NCBI GenBank assembly: GCA_965261975.1
Contig: CBDHEC010000022.1
Coordinates: 32,801 to 96,800 of the forward strand
DNA from: Alphaproteobacteria bacterium
Lineage (GTDB): Bacteria; Pseudomonadota; Alphaproteobacteria; UBA6615
Direction: 5' to 3'
DNA: 64,000 bases
This document shows positions 49,982 to 59,308 of this stretch, one piece after another; within the stretch, counting starts at the first letter, position 1; each line of letters opens with the position of its first letter. A program made the position numbers and the translations under genes. Under the pieces are notes generated by a model. The model did no database searches and was not told the DNA's origin. It saw only the letters and a list, made by a program, of their open reading frames with translations.

Positions 49982-52213
49982 ATGATCCCGACGGTTCCCA
50001 TCGCCCGCGACATCGTTCTGGTCGGCGGCGGCCACAGCCATGTGGCGGTGCTCAAGCGGTTCGGCATGAAACCCGAACCGGGCGTGCGGTTGACCCTGAT
50101 CACCCGCGATCTGCTGACGCCCTATTCGGGCATGATCCCGGGCTACATCGCCGACCATTACAGCGAGGCCGAGGCGCATATCGATCTGCGGCCCCTGGCG
50201 GCCTTTGCGAATGCCCGCGTCATCCACGCCGCGGCAACGGGGCTCGACCTGCAGAACAACTATGTTCAGGTCGCCGGTCGGCCACCCGTGGCCTTCGACA
50301 TCGTGTCTGTCGATACCGGGTCGACACCGTCGACGGCAGACATCGAGGGCGCCGAGCACGGCCTGCCCGTGAAACCGATCGACCGTTTCCTCGATTCGTA
50401 CCATCGCCTGACCGATGAAATCAGGAACCATGACGGCCCCTTCCACATCACTGTCGCGGGCGGCGGTGCGGGCGGCGTGGAACTGTCCCTCGCGCTGCGC
50501 CACCGGCTCGGCCTGGTCGCGCCGGACCTGGGCAAGACCCCGGATGAACTACGTTTCGCCATCGTCGAGGCCGACGAAACATTGCTGCCCAGCTACAACG
50601 CCGCCGCGCGGCGCAAGCTGGAACGCGCACTCAAAGACCGGGATATCGCCGTACACACCGGTGCGGGTCTGAACCGGGTCACGCCCGACGCGGTGATAAT
50701 TGCCAACGGCGAGGTGCTGGAAAGCCACAAGACGGTCCTGGTCACATCCGCTGGCCCGCCGCGCTGGGTCGACGACAGCGACATCGCGCGCGACGAACGG
50801 GGTTTCATCCGGGTCGACGACCAGCTTCGCTCCGTCTCTCACGCGCAGCTCTTCGCGGCGGGCGATGCCGCGTCCATGGACAATCACCAACTCCCCAAGG
50901 CCGGCGTGTATGCCGTGCGGCAGGGCCCCTACCTCGCCGAGAACCTGCGCCGCGCCGCGCTTGGCAAGCCACTCAGGACATACCGTCCCCAGGGCCAGAC
51001 CCTGGCCCTGATCACCACCGGCGGCAGCCACGCCATCGCCGCGCGCGGTCCTTTCGCCATGGAAGGCGATTGGGTGTGGCGGTGGAAGGACTGGATCGAC
51101 CGGCGTTGGATGAAGAAGTACCAGGAACTGCCCGAGATGGATGCGAGCGGTGACGACGGTGAGGATACGCTGGAGGCCATGCGCTGCGGCGGCTGCGGCG
51201 CCAAGGTGCCGGCTTCGGTCCTGCGCCGCGCGCTCGATCGCCTGCCGCCGCAACATGCCGACGGCCTCGACCAGGGCCTCGATTCGCCCGACGATGCGGC
51301 CGTGCTCTCACCGCCGCCCGGCAAGGCGTTGATCCAGACCGTCGATCAGTTCCGTGCCTTCATCGACGATCCGTATCTGTTTGGCCGGATCGCGGCGAAC
51401 CACTGCCTGGGCGACATTTTCGCCATGGGCGCCGAGGCCCATTCCGCACTCGCCGCCGTCATGCTGCCCCATGGCGAGGACGACAAGACGTCCGACGACC
51501 TCTACCAGCTGCTCGCCGGGGCGACCGAGACCCTGGCCGAAGCCGGTGCCGTCCTGGCCGGCGGGCATACGGGCGAAGGTGCGGAGATGGCCTTCGGCCT
51601 GACCATCAACGGCTATGCCGAGCGCGACGCGATCCTGCGCAAGTCGGGCCTCAAAGCGGGGGATGCGCTGATCCTGACCAAGCCACTCGGTACCGGCGTG
51701 TTGTTCGCGGCCGACATGCGCGCGAAGGCCAATGGCGACGACGTGACGGCCGCATTCGAGTCCATGCAACGTTCGATCGCGCCCTGCATCCCGGTCATCC
51801 GCCAACATGGTGCGACGGCCGGTACGGATGTCACCGGGTTCGGGCTGGCCGGCCATCTGCTGGAGATGCTCAACGCCTCGGACGTGGACGCGGAATTGGC
51901 GCTGCCTGCTCTGCCGGTGTTGCCCGGCGTCACGACGCTGGTCGCCGAGGGTCATGAGAGCACCTTGCGGCCGAGTAATGAGGAATCCATCGGCAACGCC
52001 GTGCCGCTGGCCGCGCATCCGAGTTTCCCGTTGCTGTTCGACCCGCAGACCGCGGGCGGGCTCCTGTTCGGGTTGCCCGCCGATCAGGCCGACGCCTGCC
52101 TGGCGGCGCTGCGCGCCGGCCCGGCTCCGGACGCGGAAATAATCGGGCGGGCCACGCCGCGCCAGGGCAATGTCGGCGTGATCGGATTCGCCGACCAGGC
52201 GATCGTTACTTAG
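49982..52213 (+). CDS. selD: Selenide,water dikinase SelD fused to an N-terminal pyridine nucleotide-disulfide oxidoreductase domain
   Basis: N-domain GGGHSH, GGGAGG, AAGD and PKAGVYAVRQG; SelD domain MRCGGCGAKV, DDAAV, QTVD, GGHT, TKPLGTG, DVTGFGLAGHL and DPQTAGGLL. Confidence 0.94.
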   Translation: MIPTVPIARDIVLVGGGHSHVAVLKRFGMKPEPGVRLTLITRDLLTPYSGMIPGYIADHYSEAEAHIDLRPLAAFANARVIHAAATGLDLQNNYVQVAGRPPVAFDIVSVDTGSTPSTADIEGAEHGLPVKPIDRFLDSYHRLTDEIRNHDGPFHITVAGGGAGGVELSLALRHRLGLVAPDLGKTPDELRFAIVEADETLLPSYNAAARRKLERALKDRDIAVHTGAGLNRVTPDAVIIANGEVLESHKTVLVTSAGPPRWVDDSDIARDERGFIRVDDQLRSVSHAQLFAAGDAASMDNHQLPKAGVYAVRQGPYLAENLRRAALGKPLRTYRPQGQTLALITTGGSHAIAARGPFAMEGDWVWRWKDWIDRRWMKKYQELPEMDASGDDGEDTLEAMRCGGCGAKVPASVLRRALDRLPPQHADGLDQGLDSPDDAAVLSPPPGKALIQTVDQFRAFIDDPYLFGRIAANHCLGDIFAMGAEAHSALAAVMLPHGEDDKTSDDLYQLLAGATETLAEAGAVLAGGHTGEGAEMAFGLTINGYAERDAILRKSGLKAGDALILTKPLGTGVLFAADMRAKANGDDVTAAFESMQRSIAPCIPVIRQHGATAGTDVTGFGLAGHLLEMLNASDVDAELALPALPVLPGVTTLVAEGHESTLRPSNEESIGNAVPLAAHPSFPLLFDPQTAGGLLFGLPADQADACLAALRAGPAPDAEIIGRATPRQGNVGVIGFADQAIVT

Positions 52214-53451
52214 CCATGCTTGGTGTGATGGCGCTGGTGGTAGGGAACCATCGCATTCTGCGCGAGTTCGCGAATTTTCGGGTCCTCGGCATCCATTGAC
52301 CAATCGCGAACGGCAACCAGAAGCCCCCCGAGGGTCGTCTCGCCCCACAGCCAGTTGGCGACCTCGATATCGCTACCGCGGCCATCGGGACGCGCGATTG
52401 CCGCCTCGGTGTAGTAGTAGCGCAGATCATCGGCCATGCGTTTAAAGGCGACGATGACATGGGTGTCATCGATGGGAGATTCGACCGCCAGCGGTGCGAC
52501 GGCAAAGTCAGACAGGAAACGAACAATTTCTTCCGGCGTGCGTTCGGATATCCCGAACCCGGTCCGGCCCTTGCGGTTGTCGCGCGACTGCTCGTACCAG
52601 GGCCGCAGCAGCGCCACTTCCTGCAGCAGGGCTTCATGCAGCACATCGGCATCGCTCATCTCGGCAACCGGTGGTGCAAAATTGACCGGACAAGCCCAAC
52701 CATCGGGCTGTTCAGCCGCCGCCGCATCACCCGGGGGCGCATCGGGGAAATCCTCAAGCACGGGACCGTCGGTGCGTTCCAGAAGATTGAGACAATCCTC
52801 GAGCACCCGACGCTGGAACACGGGTTCATTCGGCGCACCGAAAGGGCGGCCCAGTTCAAACGGTACCGCCAGAGCGCGCGGTGGCTTGATCTGTTCGGTG
52901 TGCACCCGGATCAAACTGATCTGCGTGGTCGGGATACCCTCGCGCTCTATGAAATGTGCAAGCCCGCCCACGGCGCGCGTGCACGATGGTCAGACAGGCA
53001 CCAGCAAAACCGCGTCGACCTTGTCCGCCTTCAGGATAGCGACCATGTCGGCCACCACGGGTTCCATCCGCGCCGGCTGGGTCGCGCCCATGAACGAAAA
53101 ATGATGGTCGGCGATCGACCCGATCACACCCTCATCGGCCAGTTCTCGCAGCCGGTCGATCGGAAAGGCGACATTCACATCCTGATAGAATCCGGTCCGG
53201 TCGAAATTCGTCGACAGGTGGCTCATCACCAGATCGTCCATATCGGCGTCGCCGGGAATAACCCGGTAGTCCGCCGCATAGCCGACGAAGGGTGAATCAC
53301 CGCGGCAGTGCAGACCGGCGGTCGACAAAACGCAGATACGACGCTCGGAAAGCGGCGGACCCTCCGCGCAGGACGTCTCGCCGAATGAGGGCATCTCACT
53401 CTGGAAGTAACGGTCCCGATGCTGTGCGGGAAACTCGCTCAGTTTAACCAA
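52210..53451 (-). CDS. PrdB/GrdB-like selenoprotein (UxxC, Sec154) with extra C-terminal domain, 413 aa
   Basis: TTG start MVKLSEFP...STAGLH...DVNVAFPIDRLRELADEGVIG...FMGA...VDAVLLVPV-TGA(52992-52990)-PSCTRAVGGLAHFIEREGIPT...PPRALAVPFELGRPFG, in frame with ORF 52210-52971. Confidence 0.88.
52953..52983 (-). promoter_or_regulatory. Putative SECIS element (copy 1)
   Basis: TGCACGCGCGCC-GTG-GGCGGGCTTGCA hairpin; 31 nt identical to copy 2. Confidence 0.7.
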
Positions 53452-53461
53452 TGCGCAGATC

Positions 53462-54697
53462 TCACCCGTGGATGGTGCGATGCCGCTGATGGGTCGGGAC
53501 AATGGCTGTTACCGACAGCGCCTTGAAGCCCTTGTCGTCACTCTCCATCGCCCAGTTGCGAATCTCGACCAGGACCTTGCCCAGGGTCGTCTCACCCCAC
53601 AACCAGTTGCCGATATCCAGATCGGTAACCCGGCCATCGGGCCGCGCAATCGCCGATTCCATGTAGTAGTAGCGGATATCATCGGCCATATGCTTGAAGG
53701 CCAAAGCCGTCGGTTTGCCGTCAATCGGTGACGGCGTTTCTTCCCGGTTCACCACGAGGCTGGCGAGGAAGGCGGGGATCTCTTCGGGGGCCTTACTCGA
53801 GACACCAAAGTTCGTGCGCCCCCCGCGACTCTGCTTCGATTCCTCATACCAGGGTTTCAGCAGCGAGAGTTCCTGCAGCAATGTCTGGGTCAGAAGCTCT
53901 TCATCGCTCATGTCCTGAACCGGTGCGGCGAAGTTGACCGGGCAGGCCCAGCCTTCCGGTTGCGCCTCATCGGTTCCCGGCGGATTGTCGGGGAAGTCCT
54001 CGAGCACGGGACCCGATTCACGCTCCAGCAGCTCCAGGCAATCACGCAGCACGCGACGCTGGAAGTCCGGCTCGTTCGGACCGCCCAGGGGACGGCCAAG
54101 CTCGAACGGCACCGCAAGCGCGCGCGGTGGTTTGATTTCCTCGGCATGTTTGCGGATCAACGCAATCTGCGTCGTCGGGATGCCTTCGTCTTCAAGGTAA
54201 TGTGCAAGCCCGCCCACGGCGCGCGTGCATTGGGGTCAGACAGGGACGAGTGCGACAGCGTCGACATTGTCCGCCTTGAGGACCTTCGCGAGATCTCGCG
54301 CAATCGGCTCCATCACCGTCGGCGGGGTCGCACCCATAAAGGAAAAGTGTCGGCTCGCGACGGATCCGATCACACCTTCTTCGGCCAGCTCACTCAGGCG
54401 ATGGAAGGGAAAGGACGTGTTTACGTCCTGGTAGAATCCGCTGCGATCGAAATTGGTCGACACATGGCTCATCACCAGGTCGTCCATGTCGTAATCATCC
54501 GGAATGATTCGGTAGTCGCCGGCACCGGGCGTGAACGGATCATCTTCCCGGCGGTGCAGACCAGCGGTCGAGATCAGCGCGACGCGGCACTCGTCGAGCG
54601 GCTTAGGGGTAACCCATGGCGTGTCGCCATAATCGGGCAATTCCTGATTGATCAGCGCCTCGCGCAGATGATCAGGCATTTCGCGTAGATGAACCAT
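53462..54697 (-). CDS. PrdB/GrdB-like selenoprotein (UxxC, Sec154) with extra C-terminal domain, 411 aa (tandem paralog)
   Basis: MVHLREMP...STAGLH...FPFHRLSELAEEGVIG...VDAVALVPV-TGA(54238-54236)-PQCTRAVGGLAHYLEDEGIPT, in frame with ORF 53462-54217. Confidence 0.88.
54199..54229 (-). promoter_or_regulatory. Putative SECIS element (copy 2)
   Basis: Same 31-nt hairpin sequence, starting 7 nt after the UGA. Confidence 0.7.
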
Positions 54698-54801
54698 AAA
54701 GCCTCCACAGATCGGAATTTCCAAAAGCCTATCAGCCCGACCCACACGCAACAACGGCAGGGCCCGAACAGCACCTTTGCTCACAGCGCATTGCTAAATC
54801 G

Positions 54802-55494
54802 CTAAGCCGCGCGCATATCCGCCGCGGTGGTCCCGGTCGAGGTGTTTTCGGCGTATTTACGCCAGTTTTCGATCAGCACATCGATCGATGCCGAGCCTTC
54901 CATGACCGAGGGACGCTGTCCCATAAGCTGCAGCCAGCCCTTGAGCAGGACGCATTCGTCGGGAATTTGAAAGTCCCGATAGTGGGTCAGCACACCCACC
55001 CGCTGCATGTGTGGCAGGAAGGTCAGGTCGACCAGGCTGATGTCATCACCCATCCAGTAGGAGCCATCACCCAGCTTGCCGAGCCCCTCATGCTCCATCA
55101 TCAGCATGGCATTGGTCAGCCGCTCGGCCTGGAAGGCCTGCGCGTCTGCGTCCTGGGCCATCATCAGCTTGTAGACATGGGGTGTGAAACGGACGTTCGC
55201 GAAGTCGATCCAGATGCGCGCCTGGGCCCGGCGCACGGGGTCGGTCGGCATCAGTGGCCGGTCCGGGAAGACCTCTTCGAGATACTCGTTGATGACAGCG
55301 GATTCGAAGATCACCGCGCCGTTATGGCGGAGCACCGGAACCTTGCCGTAGGGCGAGATCGCCAGGAACCAGTCAGGCTTGTCGTTCAGATCGATCGCGG
55401 TGAGTTCGTGATCGATCCCCTTCTCGATCAACGCCATCCGGGTGCGTTGCGCGAACGGACAGGTCTGCGAACTGATGATCTCGACGTCGGCCAT
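54802..55494 (-). CDS. Glutathione S-transferase family protein (omega-like, CPF site)
   Basis: TCPFAQRTRMAL, SPYGKVPVL and FESAVINEYLEE. Confidence 0.9.
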   Translation of the reverse strand: MADVEIISSQTCPFAQRTRMALIEKGIDHELTAIDLNDKPDWFLAISPYGKVPVLRHNGAVIFESAVINEYLEEVFPDRPLMPTDPVRRAQARIWIDFANVRFTPHVYKLMMAQDADAQAFQAERLTNAMLMMEHEGLGKLGDGSYWMGDDISLVDLTFLPHMQRVGVLTHYRDFQIPDECVLLKGWLQLMGQRPSVMEGSASIDVLIENWRKYAENTSTGTTAADMRAA

Positions 55495-55600
55495 TTTCAT
55501 CTCTCCCAACACCTCATCGTCTACCCGACCGGTTATGAGGTTTGTTTTCTGATAATGCCCAGCCGCCGGATGGACTTCTTGCCTAATTCCGGCAGGCCAC

Positions 55601-56701
55601 CTATGCGCTTTCCGGGCGCGCCAACTTGTTCAACGTCTCGTTGGCGTTTCCGTATAATCCCTCGAAAATGTCGCGCAGCGCGTCGATCTTGCTCCGCGAT
55701 TTCAAGCGCGCCAGAAACCCGTCCACCGCCGGTTTGGCGCAACGAATGGTCAGTCGCGTGCCGCTTCCGATCGGCTGCATCTCGATCGTCTGTTCGACGA
55801 CCAGGCCGAGCGGTGTTTCGATCTGATAGCTGATGTAATCGAACGGGCGCCAATCCGACACCGTGACAGGAACGATCATATTGTTCCCATGGTCACAATA
55901 CTGGACCGTATCGATTCCGATGCGGCCGTGATCGGTTCCCTCCAGCGAGATCGCCTCGACGCCGGTGATCCACTGGGTGCGGTACTGGGGCTCCGTGCAC
56001 AATTCCCATGCGCGGCAGGGGGGCACGGGCAGGTCGATATTCACCTCGTCGATGAGCAGCGATTCCGATTTCTCCACGAATCGACGAATCCCGCGCCGCA
56101 GGCGCTCCCAAACGGGCTCCAGCGGATAGACATAGGCGTTGATCTCGCCAAGATGCTCGATTTCCTCGGTCCGGATCTCCAGCTCTTCGAAGAAGGAATT
56201 CAGCTTCATGTGATCCACGGCCACGGAGGTCAGCATGGCGTAGCCGGAATGTCCGGTGTCTTCCGTGACGGTGTTCTTGGCGAGGCGATGCAGGGCGACG
56301 ACGGCAGAGCCGGACAGTTCATCGCGATCGCCGATCAGATTGCAGGTGTATTCGCCGTAATGGACGACCATCTTCAGGTCCAGCGCGCCGGCCAACTGCG
56401 CCGGGTCGGTGGGGCAGTTCGCGCCGTATCGCAGCGCTGCCACCCGGTCGGCAAAGGCGCAGTAGAGTGAATCCACCGCCTCGAGCACCGTCTGTCCGCT
56501 GGCGTCGCCTTCATCCGGCGCGAAGATGAAAATGGCGTCGCCCACCACATTGCCGACCTTGAAGGGCGGCTTCACCGTGGCGATGAGCTCGTCGAGCAAT
56601 TCGGCGGTGATTCGCCCCCCGATATCGGTCGGTGTGCTCGCCAGGAAATTCGTGTAGCCGGCAATATCCGCCAGCAGGAGAAAGCCATTTTGAGTCGTCA
56701 T
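55601..56701 (-). CDS. DUF2652 (class III nucleotide cyclase-like) domain fused to SRPBCC domain
   Basis: LLLADIAGYTNFL, VVGDAIF, LKMVVHYGE and HRLAKN; C-terminal AWEL...W...CDHG...DWRPFDY. Confidence 0.7.
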   Translation of the reverse strand: MTTQNGFLLLADIAGYTNFLASTPTDIGGRITAELLDELIATVKPPFKVGNVVGDAIFIFAPDEGDASGQTVLEAVDSLYCAFADRVAALRYGANCPTDPAQLAGALDLKMVVHYGEYTCNLIGDRDELSGSAVVALHRLAKNTVTEDTGHSGYAMLTSVAVDHMKLNSFFEELEIRTEEIEHLGEINAYVYPLEPVWERLRRGIRRFVEKSESLLIDEVNIDLPVPPCRAWELCTEPQYRTQWITGVEAISLEGTDHGRIGIDTVQYCDHGNNMIVPVTVSDWRPFDYISYQIETPLGLVVEQTIEMQPIGSGTRLTIRCAKPAVDGFLARLKSRSKIDALRDIFEGLYGNANETLNKLARPESA

Positions 56702-56807
56702 TATCGACCGACCTGAACATCGTTTGAGCGCGCGAAGCCGAACCCACGCATGTTGTAGAACATATTACGATGGACGCGCGTAAGAAATACCCGCGCGATT
56801 TCCCGGC

Positions 56808-59198
56808 CTAGTATTTACCCATCGCCTTGAGTACTCGCTCGGGAGACACCGGCTGGTCGAGCACGCTCGCCCCGAACGGGCTCAGTGCATCGTTGATGGC
56901 GTTCAGGATGGCGCCCGGCGCACCGGCCGTGCCCGCCTCGCCGGCCCCCTTGGCCCCCAGTTCGGATTCCTTGGTCAGCGTCTCGACATGGCCAATGTGA
57001 ATGTCGGGCATCTCGCCGGCCATGGGCACCAGATAGTCGGCCATGTTGGCGTTGAGGAAATTGCCGTCCAGATCGTAGCGGCACTCTTCGTAAAGAACAC
57101 CGCCGATGCCCTGCACAATCGATCCGCGCACCTGCTCGTCGACCAGCATCGGGTTGATGACCTTGCCGCAGTCCTCCACGCAGTAGAACTGCAGCAAGCG
57201 GACCGTGCCAACCTCGGGGTCGACCTCGACGGTCACCGCCTGGAAGCTGTTGGTCATCGCGACCGGGTATTTCTTGGGGATGTAGTGACGTGTCGCCATC
57301 ATCTCCGACTGGAAATCCTGCGGCAGCGTGTCGGGCCGGAAATAGGCCACCCGCGCCACCTCCTCGAGCGGCATGCGTTCCTCGCGGGTCTCGCGATCGA
57401 CCACGACACCCTTGGTGATATCGAGGGTCTCGCGCTCGGTCTGGAGCAGGATCGCCGCCACGTCGAGCACGTTGTGGCGGAGTGCCTTGGCCGCCTGCAA
57501 GGCGGCTTCGCCGGCGATCCCCGCACCGCCCGATCCGCCCGCACCCCAGCCGACCGGCACATTATCCGTGTCGCCGGAGATGACCTTCACCTTGTCCGGC
57601 GTGGTCCCGAAGGCGCTGGCCGTGACCTGCTGGATCACCGCCTCCGAGCCCTGGCCCTGCTCGGTGATGGACGTCTGCACGATCACCGCGCCCGACGCAT
57701 CCATCCGCGCCGCCGCACCGTCCTGGGATGAAATCCGCGCGCCGCCCAGGCCGTAGGTGTGGGGCCCGGGATTGGTCATCTCGACCAGGGTCGCGAAACC
57801 GATGCCGCGGTAGATGCCCTGTTCGCGCAGCTTCTCCTGCTCGGCCCGGAAGCCTTCGTAGTCGAACATGTTCAGGAGCTTGTCGAGCGACGCCTCGTGG
57901 GACAGAGCCTCCATCTTGAGCCCGGTGATGAAATCACGCGGATAGCTGTCATCGGCCATCAGGTTGCGCCGGCGAATATCCACCGGATCGATCCCGAGTT
58001 TGCGCGCACCCTCTTCCATCAGGGTCTCGGTGATCGCCACCGCCACGGGATGGCCGACCGCTCGATACTGGCTCATCGGCGTCTTGTTCTGGAACACGAC
58101 CCGCGAGCGCGCCTTGTAGTTCTGGTGGTTGTAGGGCGCGCCCACATAATTGATGACCTGCAGCGCCTCGAGCGCCGAGGTGCGCGGATACATGGAATAC
58201 GCACCCACGCCGGTGAGATCGTCCATCTCGATCGCCAGCAGTTCGCCGTCGGCGGCAAAGGCGGCGCGCACATGGGCGCGGTGGTCGCGCGCGTGCAGGT
58301 CGGTCAGGAAGGACTCGATCCGGTCGGCGACGAACTTCACCGGCCGCTTCATGATCTTCGAGATCGCCGCCGTCGACATCTCGTCGGGATAGGTGTGACC
58401 CTTGACGCCGTAGGCGCCGCCCACGTCGCCGCACAGGATCCGCACATTCTGGTTCGGGATGTCGAGATGGCGCGCGAACAGGTCCTGCATCATGTGCGGC
58501 GCCTGATGCGAGTGATACGCGGTCAGCCGGTTCTCCGAGGAATGATAGTCGGCGATGATCGCCCGCGATTCCGGGCACACGCCGGTGTGCCGCCCGAAAT
58601 TAAGCGTCTGTTCGACAACCGCCGCCGCGTCCGCGAACGCCTTCTCCGTGTCGCCGATATCATGGTTCATCTCGAACAGCAGGTTGTCACCCAGCTCGGG
58701 ATGCATGACATAGGCGTCGTCATCCATCACGACTTCCGGGTCGGCCAACACCGTCAATTCCTCGAACTCGACCTCGAGCAACTCAAGCGCGTCCTCCGCT
58801 TCGGCGCGCGAGTGGGCGACAATCGCGGCGACAGGCTCGCCCTGCCAGCATGCGCGGTCGACCGCCATGGCATGCTGCTCGGCGGACTTCATGCCCTTGA
58901 AATGGGCCAGCGTGCCGACCCAGGGCGTGCAGACCTCGGCAATCTCCTTGCCGGTGAAGACGCGGATCACGCCCGGGCTGGCCAGCGTCGCCGCATCGTC
59001 TATCGAAACGATCCGCGCATGGGCATAGGGAGAGCGGAAATAGACCACATGGACCATGCGCGGCAGGGTCAGGTCGTCGACATACTTGCCCTGGCCCGCC
59101 ACGAGCCGTGCCGCGTTGGCACGGGGCACGGAGGCGCCGATAAAATTGTCGGCTCGGTCGAGGACGCTGCCCTCGTCAGTCTCGTTCGCGATGCTCAT
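56808..59198 (-). CDS. Xanthine dehydrogenase-family Mo-binding large subunit
   Basis: RSPYAHA, VGGAYGVK, QYRAVGHP, EQGQG and GAKGAGEAG. Confidence 0.9.
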   Translation of the reverse strand: MSIANETDEGSVLDRADNFIGASVPRANAARLVAGQGKYVDDLTLPRMVHVVYFRSPYAHARIVSIDDAATLASPGVIRVFTGKEIAEVCTPWVGTLAHFKGMKSAEQHAMAVDRACWQGEPVAAIVAHSRAEAEDALELLEVEFEELTVLADPEVVMDDDAYVMHPELGDNLLFEMNHDIGDTEKAFADAAAVVEQTLNFGRHTGVCPESRAIIADYHSSENRLTAYHSHQAPHMMQDLFARHLDIPNQNVRILCGDVGGAYGVKGHTYPDEMSTAAISKIMKRPVKFVADRIESFLTDLHARDHRAHVRAAFAADGELLAIEMDDLTGVGAYSMYPRTSALEALQVINYVGAPYNHQNYKARSRVVFQNKTPMSQYRAVGHPVAVAITETLMEEGARKLGIDPVDIRRRNLMADDSYPRDFITGLKMEALSHEASLDKLLNMFDYEGFRAEQEKLREQGIYRGIGFATLVEMTNPGPHTYGLGGARISSQDGAAARMDASGAVIVQTSITEQGQGSEAVIQQVTASAFGTTPDKVKVISGDTDNVPVGWGAGGSGGAGIAGEAALQAAKALRHNVLDVAAILLQTERETLDITKGVVVDRETREERMPLEEVARVAYFRPDTLPQDFQSEMMATRHYIPKKYPVAMTNSFQAVTVEVDPEVGTVRLLQFYCVEDCGKVINPMLVDEQVRGSIVQGIGGVLYEECRYDLDGNFLNANMADYLVPMAGEMPDIHIGHVETLTKESELGAKGAGEAGTAGAPGAILNAINDALSPFGASVLDQPVSPERVLKAMGKY

Positions 59199-59308
59199 GA
59201 TGTCCGCCCTATGGAATTTGTTGCCCGAAAGGTACAACCCCCGTGACGTCGGGACCACCCCGCAATGGGATACGGTCGATCACAAAAGCAAAAAGCGTGG
59301 CACGCAGC

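Noticed and set aside
51179-51208. Sec in SelD itself
   Set aside because: Active-site codons are TGC (CGGCGAK) and the ORF is uninterrupted.
34715-54784. Calling the split AhpD-, Prx- and PrdB-like genes nonsense pseudogenes or separate small genes
   Set aside because: Every break is a TGA at a catalytic Cys-equivalent position, in frame, followed by a hairpin, and next to selABCD. The position is conserved in both paralogs.
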